Positions 27,123 to 40,263 of a DNA stretch of 64,000 nucleotides are shown one piece after another. Each line of letters begins with the position of its first letter. Within the stretch, counting starts at the first letter, position 1. The position numbers and the translations under genes are program-made. This DNA is from Octopus bimaculoides (lineage: Eukaryota). The notes beneath the pieces are model-generated. The model was not told the origin of the DNA. It was given only the letters and a program-made list of their open reading frames with translations, and searched no databases. Where the stretch lies: the NCBI RefSeq assembly GCF_001194135.2, contig NC_068995.1, positions 40,306,630 through 40,370,629 of the forward strand. Reading direction: 5' to 3'.

Positions 27123-30100
27123 CACACACACACACACATACATACATAATATATATCTATGTGAGTGTGTCTTTGTGTCTGTATGTTCCCCATCGCCACT
27201 TGACAACCAGTGTTGGTACGTTTATGTCCCTGTAACTTAGCAGTTCAGCAAAAGAGACTGATAGAATAAGTACTAGGCTTAAGAAATAAGTCCTGGGGTC
27301 GATTTGCTCGACTAAAACCTTCAAGGTGGTGCTCCAGCATGGCTGCAGTCAAATGACTGAAACAAGTAAAAGAATAAAAGAAAAGCCAATTTGGGAACCT
27401 CAAAGCCAGATTTGGGCATACTGTGGCCTGTTCGACTTTCTGAATATCATGCTTAATGATGAATTACTTAAAATTTAATTAGTAGTATGGCCTACTGGAA
27501 GATGAGCAATGCCTCATGTGCTCCACTTCTTGAAAAAGATTGCTCATGCCTGCTCTATGCAGTCACCTGACTTGTTAGAAACAGCAACCAAATCTCTTAC
27601 AAATCAAACCTTACTGTCTTAGAGAAAGATACATTGTATCATGCAAGAATAGATTCTCTATTTGTAAAAATGAAAATGACATGATGGTCACAGTTGGAAT
27701 ACCTTTTGATTTTAAGTCTGTTTAACCAGGACTAACCTGGGGCTGCACACAATCGCAACCACCACAACCACAGCCGACCAACAACATCAGCAATGCTTAT
27801 TCTTATCTACAAATGATGTTTGATGACTTACTTGTCCTCTCCACTGACCAGTGAACATAAATTAGAACTCAGAACTGATGGCAGCATGTCGTAACGGCGA
27901 TCTGCAAGATAAACCGTGGTGGAACGAGCTCTAGCTTCCAAGTCTGACAGTGAACCCGGCTTCACAAAGTAGGTGACATCAGCAATGTGGACACCCAATT
28001 CAATATGACCGTTTGGAAGATGCCTGAAGATAAGAGAAACGAAAGCAAAGCTTTACAAGAAATTACCATTCTTCTGTAGAAATATCTGTGAGTTGATACA
28101 ATCCTAAAGTAAGACATGTATAAGGGAAAATTTGGTTTTGAGTTTTGTCTTTGAGGACTTAACCAAAGAATGTGAACAGAACCATGGACCTTTAAAAAAA
28201 ACCTTTGATGCTGGTTGATATGAAGAGACGGGATAGAAGGATGGAAGGTTGAAGTGGTTTTCTAATGCAAGTTAACAGGCAGATTGTTGCTAAAAATAAC
28301 AGCTAAATCTTCTTTATAGCAGTTAAATTGCACTTTACTATTTTAAAAATGAGAAGGACACATTACATAATATAATTCTAGATACACTGTATCTGAAAAA
28401 AAAGTTGTAAAAGTCATTATTGGAACATGTTTGGTTAAAAGTCTATTTTAGCCATAGCCGGAATCCTTTCTTACTGGGAGCCACAGCTCCCATAGACTGG
28501 TGCCCATATGTGTCATTTGCTTTGGTTTGTATGGCTGGATGCCCTTCCTGTCACCAACCACTTTTACAGAGTGAGTTCAACTATTAGAAAGGTTGAATAG
28601 TCCGAGGTGAACCAGGACTAATGATGGTCCACAGGCTACAAACTGATGGTTTCTCACTACAAACAACCCCTGAGGTTCAATGAGTGATAATAACAAGAGG
28701 AGAGAGGTGGGAAGAGAAACAAAGGAAGAGGGGGGAAAGAGGANNNNNNNNNNNNNNNNNNNNNNNNNNNNNNNNNNNNNNNNNNNNNNNNNNNNNNNNN
28801 NNNNNNNNNNNNNNNNNNNNNNNNNNNNNNNNNNNNNNNNNNNNNNNNNNNNNNNNNNNNNNNNNNNNNNNNNNNNNNNNNNNNNNNNNNNNNNNNNNNN
28901 NNNNNNNNNNNNNNNNNNNNNNNNNNNGAGTATAAAATACAGAACAGTAAAAGAGAGGTCCCAGCCCTTTACAAGTTACAAAGCTGTAGATGAAATTTCA
29001 GCTGTAGTGAAACGATATGAGAATGAAAGACAGAAGACCCTGGATTTAAAAGGACCCAGAAATCATTACCTCACTGACAGTGTGTCATCAACATCTTCAC
29101 AGCCTGGAGGGTCAATGCTGAACACGAGGTGGCTCTGTCGAAGGTCTCTCCTTTTAGAAAATTCTTCAACTGGAATTTCCCAAGGATTTTCTGGACTTAC
29201 TTTAGGGAGTTCTTGTAACTGTAAAGATTTTAAAAAATAATAATAAAACCTTCATAATGTGGCAATAATTATTATTTCCATCATTTAACTTTATATGATT
29301 TCAACAATTTATTAGGATCCAACCCAAAACTGACTTATGCTTAACATTCAGGAATTCCCCCAGTTGTGACTCTAATTTAAACCAACATTTATTGTAATTG
29401 ACTTCTGTGATACAAAAACAAGCAATTGGTCAAAGTTATAAAAAAAAAAGCATTGCAGTATCACAGTATTGACCAGATCATCAAATTTTGTTATACACCA
29501 CTGGTCACAATGCACTTCCAATTCTGTCTTAATTGCGCCATTCTTTTCCATCATGACCCAAATCGCTTGACTGAATCGTCTTTCCATTGTCATGGAGGCC
29601 TTCCACCTGGCCTTATTTGATCTCTAGGACAAAACTTGGCACTTGAATACTATTCTTAAAAGCAAAAGAAAAAAAAACAATAAAAAAAAACATAACTGGA
29701 AAAAAAAAACTTATTTTATCAAAGTTGTGTTTGTACTTACCTGTGAATCTGAAAAATTTCCAATAAATATATTGTTTTCTACTAGAATGGTGGCAATTTC
29801 AGTTTCTGGGTCTCCAGAAGGGCCTAAAGTTCGGACGAAATGCCCATTGGGGTATTGGGAACCTAATTCCCAAGAATCAATCCTTACCACGAATCTAAAA
29901 TGAAATAAATTTTAAACAATAACAAAAACTGAATCTGAAATGACACACGTATGAAGTCTTGACATGACCACCTTGCCTGTGTCATACATGGTCCACCTGC
30001 AACTTTTTTTGATTCCTCCAATATCCTATCAATAAAGAAAATGTGGTTTATGTTATCATTGTGGGATGTAATATTGAGGAGAATGGAACCTGAATTAAAA

Positions 30101-33100
30101 TAAAAAGTTGTTATTTAACAGACAATCAATTTTCATTGAACAGAAATGACCAAAAGCATTCCAACTTTGACCACCCAACCTGAAATAAAAAAACTGAACA
30201 CAGTTGGAATCATTTGAATCATAGGCTGGTTCAATTATGGCTGACCTGTATCTAAACAACAACAACAACAATAAAAATGCTTAAAATACTCAATAATTGT
30301 TATTTAGAAAGGAAACTGAAGCAATAGATATCAGCTAATTTCTATAGCAATAATTTGGTGTTAAAGAAAATGGGTAACCAATGAGAATTATGATCTACAC
30401 CTTGCTTAATTAAAGGTGTTCCTATCAGATGTGAACATACAAGAATTGGTAATTACTAATAATTACCTTTGGTCTCTGAGGTTTTCAATTTGACGGGTAC
30501 TTATACGAATTTTTGGTATTCGGTAATCCCAGGGAACTGCTAAGACACGATCAGCTCGTCGAGGATTTTTCTTCCCTTCTGATTCCATATTCTACAAAAA
30601 TAAAAAGCAAAAATAACAGAAAGAAGCAAGAATATAATCTCTAAAGGTCTTATAGACACATGAATTTGAGGCGCAGGAGTGGCTGTGTGGTAAGTAGCTT
30701 GCTTACCAACCACATGGTTCCGAGTTCAGTCCCACTGCGTGGCATCTTGGGCAAGTGTCTTCTACTATAGCCTGAACCCAAAGCATGTGGTTGGTAAGCA
30801 AGCTACTTACCACACAGCCACTCCTGCACCTACTCCTGCCAGCTCACTGCCATAAAACTATAATAATCCTTTCTACTAAAGGCACAACGTCTGAAATTTT
30901 ATAGGGGAGGGGGACTAGTCGATTACATCAACCCCAGTGTTTCACTGGTACTTAATGTATTGACCCTGAAAGGATGAAAGGCAAAGTCGACTTTGGTGGG
31001 ATTTGAACTCAGAAAGTAAGGACAGATGAAATGCCACTAAGCACTTTGCCTGACAGGCTAACAATTTTGCCAGCTTACAACCATAAAACCAAAAGTAATA
31101 ATCTTTTCTAATATAGGCACAAGGCCTGAAATTTTATGGAGGGGGGGGGGCTAGTCGATTACTTCAACCCCAGAGTATCACTGATACCTAATTTATCACT
31201 CCCAAAAGGATTAAAGGCAAAGTCAACCTCGGCAGAATTTGAACTCAGAATGTAAGCATTTTGCCTGGTATGCCAATGATTCTGCCAGCTCGTAGCCTTA
31301 AAAGAGAAACTATGAGTAATAATAAAATATATTACCTCCTCCGTAACTAAAGAGGCAGCGTAGTCTCGAGAGTTTCTTTGAATGATTCCAACTACTTTAC
31401 CATTTGGCATCACAGTTGACATATCAGATTCTTCATCTTCAGAACCTGTGGAAATAAAAACCGAAAGACAAAAGTGAAGAAACTACCATCTCTTGCGCCA
31501 AATATTTCTTAGATTGATATTTTAACTGGGTTTAAGATAGCGAGCTGGAAGAACTGTAAGCAGGCTGGGCAAAATGCTTAGCAGCATTTCATCCATCTTT
31601 ACATTCCAAGTTCAAGATCCACCAAGGTCATCATTTTAGGGTTGATGAAATAACTACCAGTTGAACACTAGGGTCAATCTAATCGACTTGACACCCTCCT
31701 CGGAAATTGCTTGCACTGAACCAGATTTTGACCCAATATTTTAACTGGGTTTATTCATCATTATCATCGTTTAACGTCCGCTTTCTATGCTAGCATGGGT
31801 TGGACGATTTGACTGAGGACTGGCAAGCCAGAAGGCTGCACCAGGCTCCAATGCCAACCACTCCGAGAATGTAGTGGGTGCTTTTACGTGCCACTGGCAC
31901 AAGGGCCAGTCACACGGTACTGGCAATGGCCACGCTCAAAAAGGTGTTTTTTTACGTGCCACCTGCACGGGAGCCAGTCCAGAGGCACTGGCAACGACCT
32001 TGCTCGAATGATTTTCTAACGTGTCACCAGCACAAGTGCAAGAAGGCAACACTGTTAACGATTACGCTCAAATGGTGCTATTTACGGGCCACTAGTACAG
32101 AAGCCAGACAGCTGTTCTGGCAATGAACACGCTCGGACAGTGCTGTTAGTACTCCACTGGCGCAGGTGCCAGTCGAGTATGGTTCAATTACGATTTCACT
32201 TGCTCCAACAGGTCTTCGCAAGCAGAGTTTAGTGTCCAATGAAGGAGAGGTTGGCATGGGTGCCAGTCGTCAGATTCGGTTTGATTTCGATTTCAGATTT
32301 CAAATTTCAAATTCACTTGCCTCAACAGGTCTTTGCAAGCAGGGTTATTTTATAAATGGGAGAAGATTTAATCCTTGTTGATATTTTATAAATGGGAGTA
32401 GAGGATTTAATTTAAAATCAGCAGAGGTGAACAACTTCACAACAATTGTCATAGTTTGTGTTCATTTGAGGTAAATTATATATAATATTTAGAATGAGGG
32501 CTATTGGTTAAAGTATAGAGCTTATGATCATGAGGTTGTGGGTTTCATTCCTGGTACATTGTGCTCCTGAGTAAGGCTCCACATCTCATGTTGCTCTAAT
32601 CTTCTTAGTTGAAAATGAGTCCCAGCCAAATGTTAGAGCAGTCCTTTCTTCTTCCAACTGTCACATCAAATACTCTAACTTCAAAGTTACTGTCAACCTT
32701 TTGTTTGTAAAAATATATTTTACGTTTTACATATATGTACTGAGTGCTTTTTATGCTTTTCCAGCTAAAGTTTGTTCCTATATATTATTATACATAAAAC
32801 ACACACACGTGTGTGGAAAGCACCAACACCATTTTGACAGTGAGATGGGCTTTTTACATATAAACTAATTATTTAGAGTACATTTTCGTTAATACAGCAA
32901 ATCGCACACATGTGCACACATGTGCACACATGCACATACACACACACACTTCCATAACGCAGACCTAGAAACACTATGTTTGAATAAGGACAGGATGGTT
33001 ATAACTAGAACGTTTTCTTTATTGTGATTGTAAGATTGCTTATTTTGGACAATAAGAACTAAAATCTTCAACACCACCAATAGCAACCACAGTGACAACA

Positions 33101-36100
33101 ACAATAACAACGATACAGTAAAAAACATCAATAAAAGATATGATGAATGATTATTAATAATAATTTCCAGCTCACCTTGATTATTCTCATTAAGAGACAT
33201 TGACCGGCCTCTCCACTCAGACTTTGGTAATAATTCCACAACAACTAGGTCACCATGAATGGCACGATTTCGGTGAGGCATTCCATGAATTAAAATATCG
33301 GTATTATCACTTTTGATCTCAGAGCAGCTGAAATTTAATAAACCAAAAAAAAAAAAGTTTTAATTAATAATGCTTCATAGAAATCATTGCCATCATTTAG
33401 CATCCATGCTGGCATGGGTAAAATGGTTTCACTGGCATTGGTAACCCAGAGAGCTGCACCTGGCTTCAGTCTGCTTTGGCTTGGTTTCTACAGCCGGATG
33501 CCTGTCCTAACACCAACCACTCCACAAAGTCTACTGGGTGTCTTTTACATGTGTCACCAACATGGGTTCCCCTTATGTGTCACTGACACAGGTGCTTCTC
33601 GTGTGTCACCGGCACTGGCTGCAACTATGATTTGACTTAGCTTGACGTGTCTTCTCAAGAACAGGAAATTGCCAGAAGTCTTAGTTACTTGTCATTGCTT
33701 CCATGAGACTCAACATCTGACGATCATATTTCATCACCTCATCCCGTTGGCACTCCATTGATTATGATGACGAGTGTTCCTGTTGATCCGAACAATGGAT
33801 CAGCCTGCTTGTGAGACAGTCGTGCAAGTGCCTGAGCTCTCCACACATATCTACTCTCAACATAGTCCTCGGAGAGATTCAACAGGACGCAGAATGTGAC
33901 AAGGCTGGCTGTTTGAATTACAGGTACCACTCGTTTTTACCAGCCGAGTGGACTGGAGCAGCATGAAATAAAGTGTCTTACTCAAGGAGACAATGTGCTA
34001 CCAGGTATCAAACACGCAACCTTACAAATATATACACAGACACACACATAGATGTATGTAACATGGAGACCAGTGCTGCATGTATACAATTATAAGGGGA
34101 CTGACCTACTACGCTGTAGAAAGGCTTCTCTCTGAGCATCATGTTTGTTAACATTTAAGTGTCCTTTTATGAAGAGACCCGTTTTGACACCACTCTCAAG
34201 ACAGTGCATTGGAAGATATCCCAAATATTCTGTTCCTGAAAACACAAGAAAATTGGAAAAAAGAAAATAAATACAAAATCCAAAAAGAAAATTAATATAA
34301 AAGTAAGTAACATGTATATATAAGTATATATATATATATATATATNNNNNNNNNNNNNNNNNNNNNNNNNNNNNNNNNNNNNNNNNNNNNNNNNNNNNNN
34401 NNNNNNNNNNNNNNNNNNNNNNNNNNNNNNNNNNNNNNNNNNNNNNNNNNNNNNNNNNNNNNNNNNNNNNNNNNNNNNNNNNNNNNNNNNNNNNNNNNNN
34501 NNNNNGTAAACACACCAGCATTGGCTGTCAAGCGATGTTGGGGGGACAAACACATACATATATATATATATATACACATATATATATACAACAGGCTTCT
34601 TTCAGTTTCCATCTACCAAATCCACTCACAAGGCTTTGGTCGGCCTGAAGCTATAGTAGAAGACACTTGCCCAAGGTGCCACACAGTAGGACTGAACCCG
34701 GAACAATGTGGTTCGTAAGCAAGCTACTTACCACACAGCCACTCCTACGCCTATATATATATATATATATATATATACTGAACTACAAAAGAAATGCTGC
34801 ACTGTAAAAGATTGTTTCACACATTACATTGAGGTTATATGGATTTTATCACATTTCTAAATAATTTAACATCAGGAAGATGTCACTGATTCACAACACC
34901 ACTCTATTTTGAAAATACAAGGATTGCTTGTAGGGTTCGAACTCACTCACTTTTTGAGAACATGGTAATGATAACGAATGCATCTTTATGAAAAGCATGA
35001 TGCACGTGAAAAATGTTGATTCATTGGGTATAAAAAGCATCCAAATTTACCAGCCTGTCAGTCATTTCTTGAAAACAGCAAACATGCCAAGACTGACATG
35101 AAACCAGAAGGAACAAGCCATCGGACGTCTCCATGCTGGTCAACAGGTCATTGCTAATGACTTGAACTGCAGTATTCAGACAACTGAGCAGCTGAGGGAA
35201 CAATACAATGTCACAAACAGCATGGATGATTGTCCACGCAGTGGTCGACCGAGGGTTACAATGGCACATCAAGATTGCCACCTGCACCAACAGCATTTGC
35301 AGGACTGATTCCAAAGGGCAACGGAATCAGCTAGGCAGACCATAGGGACTCACCACAGACCCATGTGTGCAGAGACAGTTTGCTGTTGGCTGAGATCTTG
35401 TCGACATCTGGCTAGGGACCCCATACTCACAGATCGTCACTGACAGGCACGTCTGCAGTGGGCTCAAAAACATCAGAACTGTTGATATCAGCAGTGGATG
35501 ACTGTAGTCTTCTCTGACAAAAGTCAATATTGCATTTCTGTGGAAGATGGCAGAGCTAGGGTTTGAGAAAGGGGTGCATGTCACGCCGATGGTTGTGTGG
35601 AGAGAGATTCATGGGGAGGACAGAGCATCATGGTATGGGGTGGGATTGCATTCAACCTGAAACTTGGACTGGTGGTCTTCCAAAACATCAACCAAGGCCA
35701 GGGCAATAGAGAAACCACTGCTCACTACATTGACCAAATGTTGAGGCCTCACATTGTGTCATACTTTGCCTATCATCGGAATCACGCATTCCAAAATGAA
35801 TGAAGAATATATCACTGTATGTGTGTGTGTAGATGTGTGTCTATCTTTTACTTGTTTCATTCATTGGACAGCAGCCATGCTGAGGTACCTCTTTGAAGGG
35901 TTTTGTCAAACAAATTGACTCCAGTAATTATCTTTTATGTCTGGTATCTATTCTATCAGTTTCTGTTGCTATACTGTTAAGCAACATGGATGTAAACAAA
36001 CCGACATCAGTTGTCAAGCAGTGAGTGGTGGGAGTCAAACATACAACACATGACAGACTACCACACAAGTTTCTGTCTACCAAATTCACTCACAAGGCAT

Positions 36101-37763
36101 CAGTCAGCCTGAGGCTATAATAGAAGACACTTGCTCAAAGCACTGCACATAGAGACAGAACCTGAAACCAAAGTAAACTTGTTAACCAAAAAGCCAGTAT
36201 AAAGCATAGATTCTAAAAGCAGAAATCAGACAAGAAACAGAGAAAATAAGCCATAAAGGCTCATTTAATATTTAATCCTTTTACAGACTCTTAACTTCCA
36301 ATTTAAAGATGAGTCACATTTTCCAGTATTTGCATTGACAAAGGATTTTGGTCAGCTCCAGCTTTGTCACCAACATAGTATTAAATGATTCAAACGAAAT
36401 ATATGGCTTAGAAACAAAGGTTCAAAATTCCTGGTTTTGAATCTAGTGCAGTGCTATGTTCATATGCAGCAATGACACCTTGACAATGACAGACAGACAG
36501 ATAAACAGACAGAGAGGAAAGGTCAAATATGCATTTACCTTTTCGTTTACTGTCTAAAGATGCACGAAGAGATGTGTATAAATCAATTATTCCAGGAAGT
36601 TCCTCCCAAAAGCTATTCATGTAATCTTCCATCGATAAAACAAAGACGTTCAAAGTTTTGCATCCATATTCTTCAATCATCTAAAAGACCAACAAAAGTA
36701 ATTAGACACATGCTTTTTTTTCAAAGTGGATTCTATAGAATCAAGAAATTCTGCAGTGACAGATTTTAGAGAAATAAACTTGCTGTGCACCTATGATTTA
36801 GCTCTTTGGCATTCAAACCAGTCATATCCAGCTCAAATATTCCATCTGTTTTATGTTAAAAGTGGCCAGATGCAGCCTCCCAAAACTACCTTACAGTCTC
36901 ATTCTGAAACTAAACAATTGGCGCAGGAGTGGCTGTGTGGTAAGTAGCTTGCTTACCAACCACATGGTTCTGTCATGTTCTAATTAATCTTGTTTTTGTT
37001 TCTTTTCTCCTTGTATCATTCCTAGGTGTTGCTACACACACACACACACATGTATACACATATATACGATAGGCTTCTTTCAGTTTCCGTCTACCAAATC
37101 CACTCACAAGGCTTTGGTCGGCCTGAGGCTATAGTAGAAGACACTTGCCCAAGGTGCCACGCAGTGAGGTTGAACCCGGGACCATGTGGTTGGTAAGCAA
37201 GCTACTTACCACACAGCCACTCCTGTGCCTATTTTAATCACAGATCTTAATGGAAAACGTTTGTTACACCCCTGCTTGAAATTTGGTGGCATTGGGGGTG
37301 GCAGCACACCCAATACAACAACCAGCATATGCTACTGCAAAATTGTTGAGTTTGTACATACATGCAATGCGCACATACACATGCACACACATCCATTCAT
37401 TTACCCATATGTACTTCCATACATAGATGGAATTATTTTGTGTGGAAGTGGCAAATAAGGTTTTGTCGGAATACCCCAGTCAGCATAAATATGTAGAAGA
37501 AACAAACACATTTTTCAAAAGTTATATTGTAAAACAATAATTTTTGCCTGGTTCACTTTATTTTAGAACATGTAAAATGCAGCCATGCTTGAGCCAAAGT
37601 ACACTGTGTAGAGTGGTTGGTTCTAAGAAGGCAATTCAGCTGTAGAAACTATGTCAGAGCAGACATTAGAACATAATACAATTCTCCAATTTGTTAGATT
37701 TTGTCGAACAGTCCAACCCCTGCCAGTATGGAAGACAAACATTAAAAGTGTGCATGCATGCAT

Positions 37764-37802
<39 letters not shown>

Positions 37803-40216
37803 CATGCATCGGCTGTCAAGCGATGTTGGGGGAACAAACAGACACACAAACACACATACACGACAGGCTTCTTTCAGTTTCTGTCTACCAAATCCACTCA
37901 CAAGGCTTTGGTCGGCCCGAGGCTATAGTAGAAGACACTTGCCAAAGGTGCTACACAGTAAGACTGAACCTGGAACCATGTGGTTAGTAAGCAAACTACT
38001 TACCACACAGCCACTCCTGGGCCTACAGAACATTTTTTTTTTTAACTCAACAGCAACAACCAGTCTATCACATGTATGGAACCTAGAAGATCTTTAAAAA
38101 TTTTGATTGATTCAAAGCAGATATGAACAGAGTTATCAAGGAGGATGCTGAAGACTGAGACACAGAATATTAATCTACAAATACAGAAACAGCAAAGTCA
38201 TTTTATAGTTTGATTGGATGTTGAGGCATTGAAAGAGATCAGCAACTCACCTTCATATTATCGGTCACCATTATAACAGGCATTTGACCATTTAGGTGGT
38301 TGTAATACCATTCTGAGACTTTGTAGCAACACCTAGGAATGATACAAGGAGAAAAGAAACAGAAACAAGACTTAATTAGAACATGACAGTTAAAATGAAA
38401 AAAAGCTTTTGAGAACTTGGAGTAGAGGAATCTATAGACAGGGAGATCAGATAACGAAGAAAGAAATGGAAGAAGAGGAAGATGAAGAAGAAAATATGAA
38501 GGGGAAAAAAAAAAGAAAAATTTATCGGTATTAGTTGTTTTTTTATAGTAAGATAAGCTTACTAATACTGGCTGTATTTGGGAGAGAGAGAAATGCTTGG
38601 GATGGACAGACAGACAGACAGACAGAGCACCTTACCTAGTTTGCCATTCTGATGTTGGTTCTTTTGGCTGTCTTTCACAATACACATCTTCATGAAATTC
38701 GTTACAGAATAACACTGATCCTTTACGAGGATCATCCAGGAGAGCTTTGAGTCGTTTCACCTGACGACTGTTACCTTCATACTGGACCTAAGTGAAGAAT
38801 AAAATTATTACATTTTACTTTCATAACATAACGTATCTTCTCCATTACAAAATAGACAACCATTGCTAATACGATTATAGTCTTGAAGAGATTGAAGCTC
38901 AACTCTGGAGATGAAACACTTTGATAGGATCAGTACAGCATCAAACCAAATGTCTTGTGGGATTTGTTCCAGCATTTTATATTCCAAGTTCAAATCTCAC
39001 TAAGGTTACCTTTGTTTTTCATTCTTGTAAGGGGCTGATAAAATAAGTAGCACTCAATAAAAATAAGTAGAGCAGTTGATATGATCAACATGCAATGCTA
39101 CTGAATGGCTCGTAAAAGAATATTGCCATCAGTAGAATTTTTTGTATTTTGATGCTAGTTTATCACCATGCCAAAAGCCAAACGGAAGGAGAACTGGTAA
39201 AAGAACAGAATATGCATACACAAAGGTAAAGTTACCTTCTCGAGTCATGGTGACTCATAAGGGCTGGTCTCCTGGTTTCATGGTGTATATATTCCTCACC
39301 TGGATGGGATGTCAGTCCACTGTACAATTACTCATTTTTGCCAGCTGAGTGGATTGGAACAATGTGAAATGAAGTGTTTTGCTCAAGAATACAACACATT
39401 GCCTGGTCTAGGAGTTGAAACCACAATCTTATGATAATGGCCCAACATCCTAACCACTAATCCACACACCTCCACAATATAGTCAGTGATCAGGTCGCGG
39501 TCTCAAAGCAACGAAAATATTTTGGCTTAACTTTCCTTCAATGGACACTAAATTCTGCTTGCAAAGACCTGTTGAGGCAAGTGAAATTGAAATCGAAATC
39601 AAATTTGATAACTGGCATCCGTGCTAGTGGAGCATTAAGAGCACAATCCGAGTATAATCGTTGCCAGAGCAGCTGACTGGCTTCCTGGCACGTAAAAAGC
39701 ACCATTCGAGCGGGATCGTTACCAGCGTCGCCCTACTGGTACTTGTGCTGGCGGCACGTGAAAAAATATTCGAGCGAGGTCGTTGCCAGTGCCGCTGGGC
39801 CGGCTCCTGTGCAGGTGGCACATAAAAAACACCATTTGAGCATGGCTNNNNNNNNNNNNNNNNNNNNNNNNNNNNNNNNNNNNNNNNNNNNNNNNNNNNN
39901 NNNNNNNNNNNNNNNNNNNNNNNNNNNNNNNNNNNNNNNNNNNNNNNNNNNNNNNNNNNNNNNNNNNNNNNNNNNNNNNNNNNNNNNNNNNNNNNNNNNN
40001 NNNNNNNNNNNNNNNNNNNNNNNNNNNNNNNNNNNNNNNNNNNNNNNNNNNNNNNNNNNNNNNNNNNNNNNNNNNNNNNNNNNNNNNNNNNNNNNNNNNN
40101 NNNNNNNNNNNNNNNNNNNNNNNNNNNNNNNNNNNNNNNNNNNNNNNNNNNNNNNNNNNNNNNNNNNNNNNNNNNNNNNNNNNNNNNNNNNNNNNNNNNN
40201 NNNNNNNNNNNNNNNN

Positions 40217-40263
<47 letters not shown>

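Noticed and set aside
30000-30095. Strong cryptic minus-strand acceptor (ttttattttaattcag) in a DIS3L intron
   Set aside because: Frame hits TGA after 11 codons, no good donor follows, and the protein is complete without it
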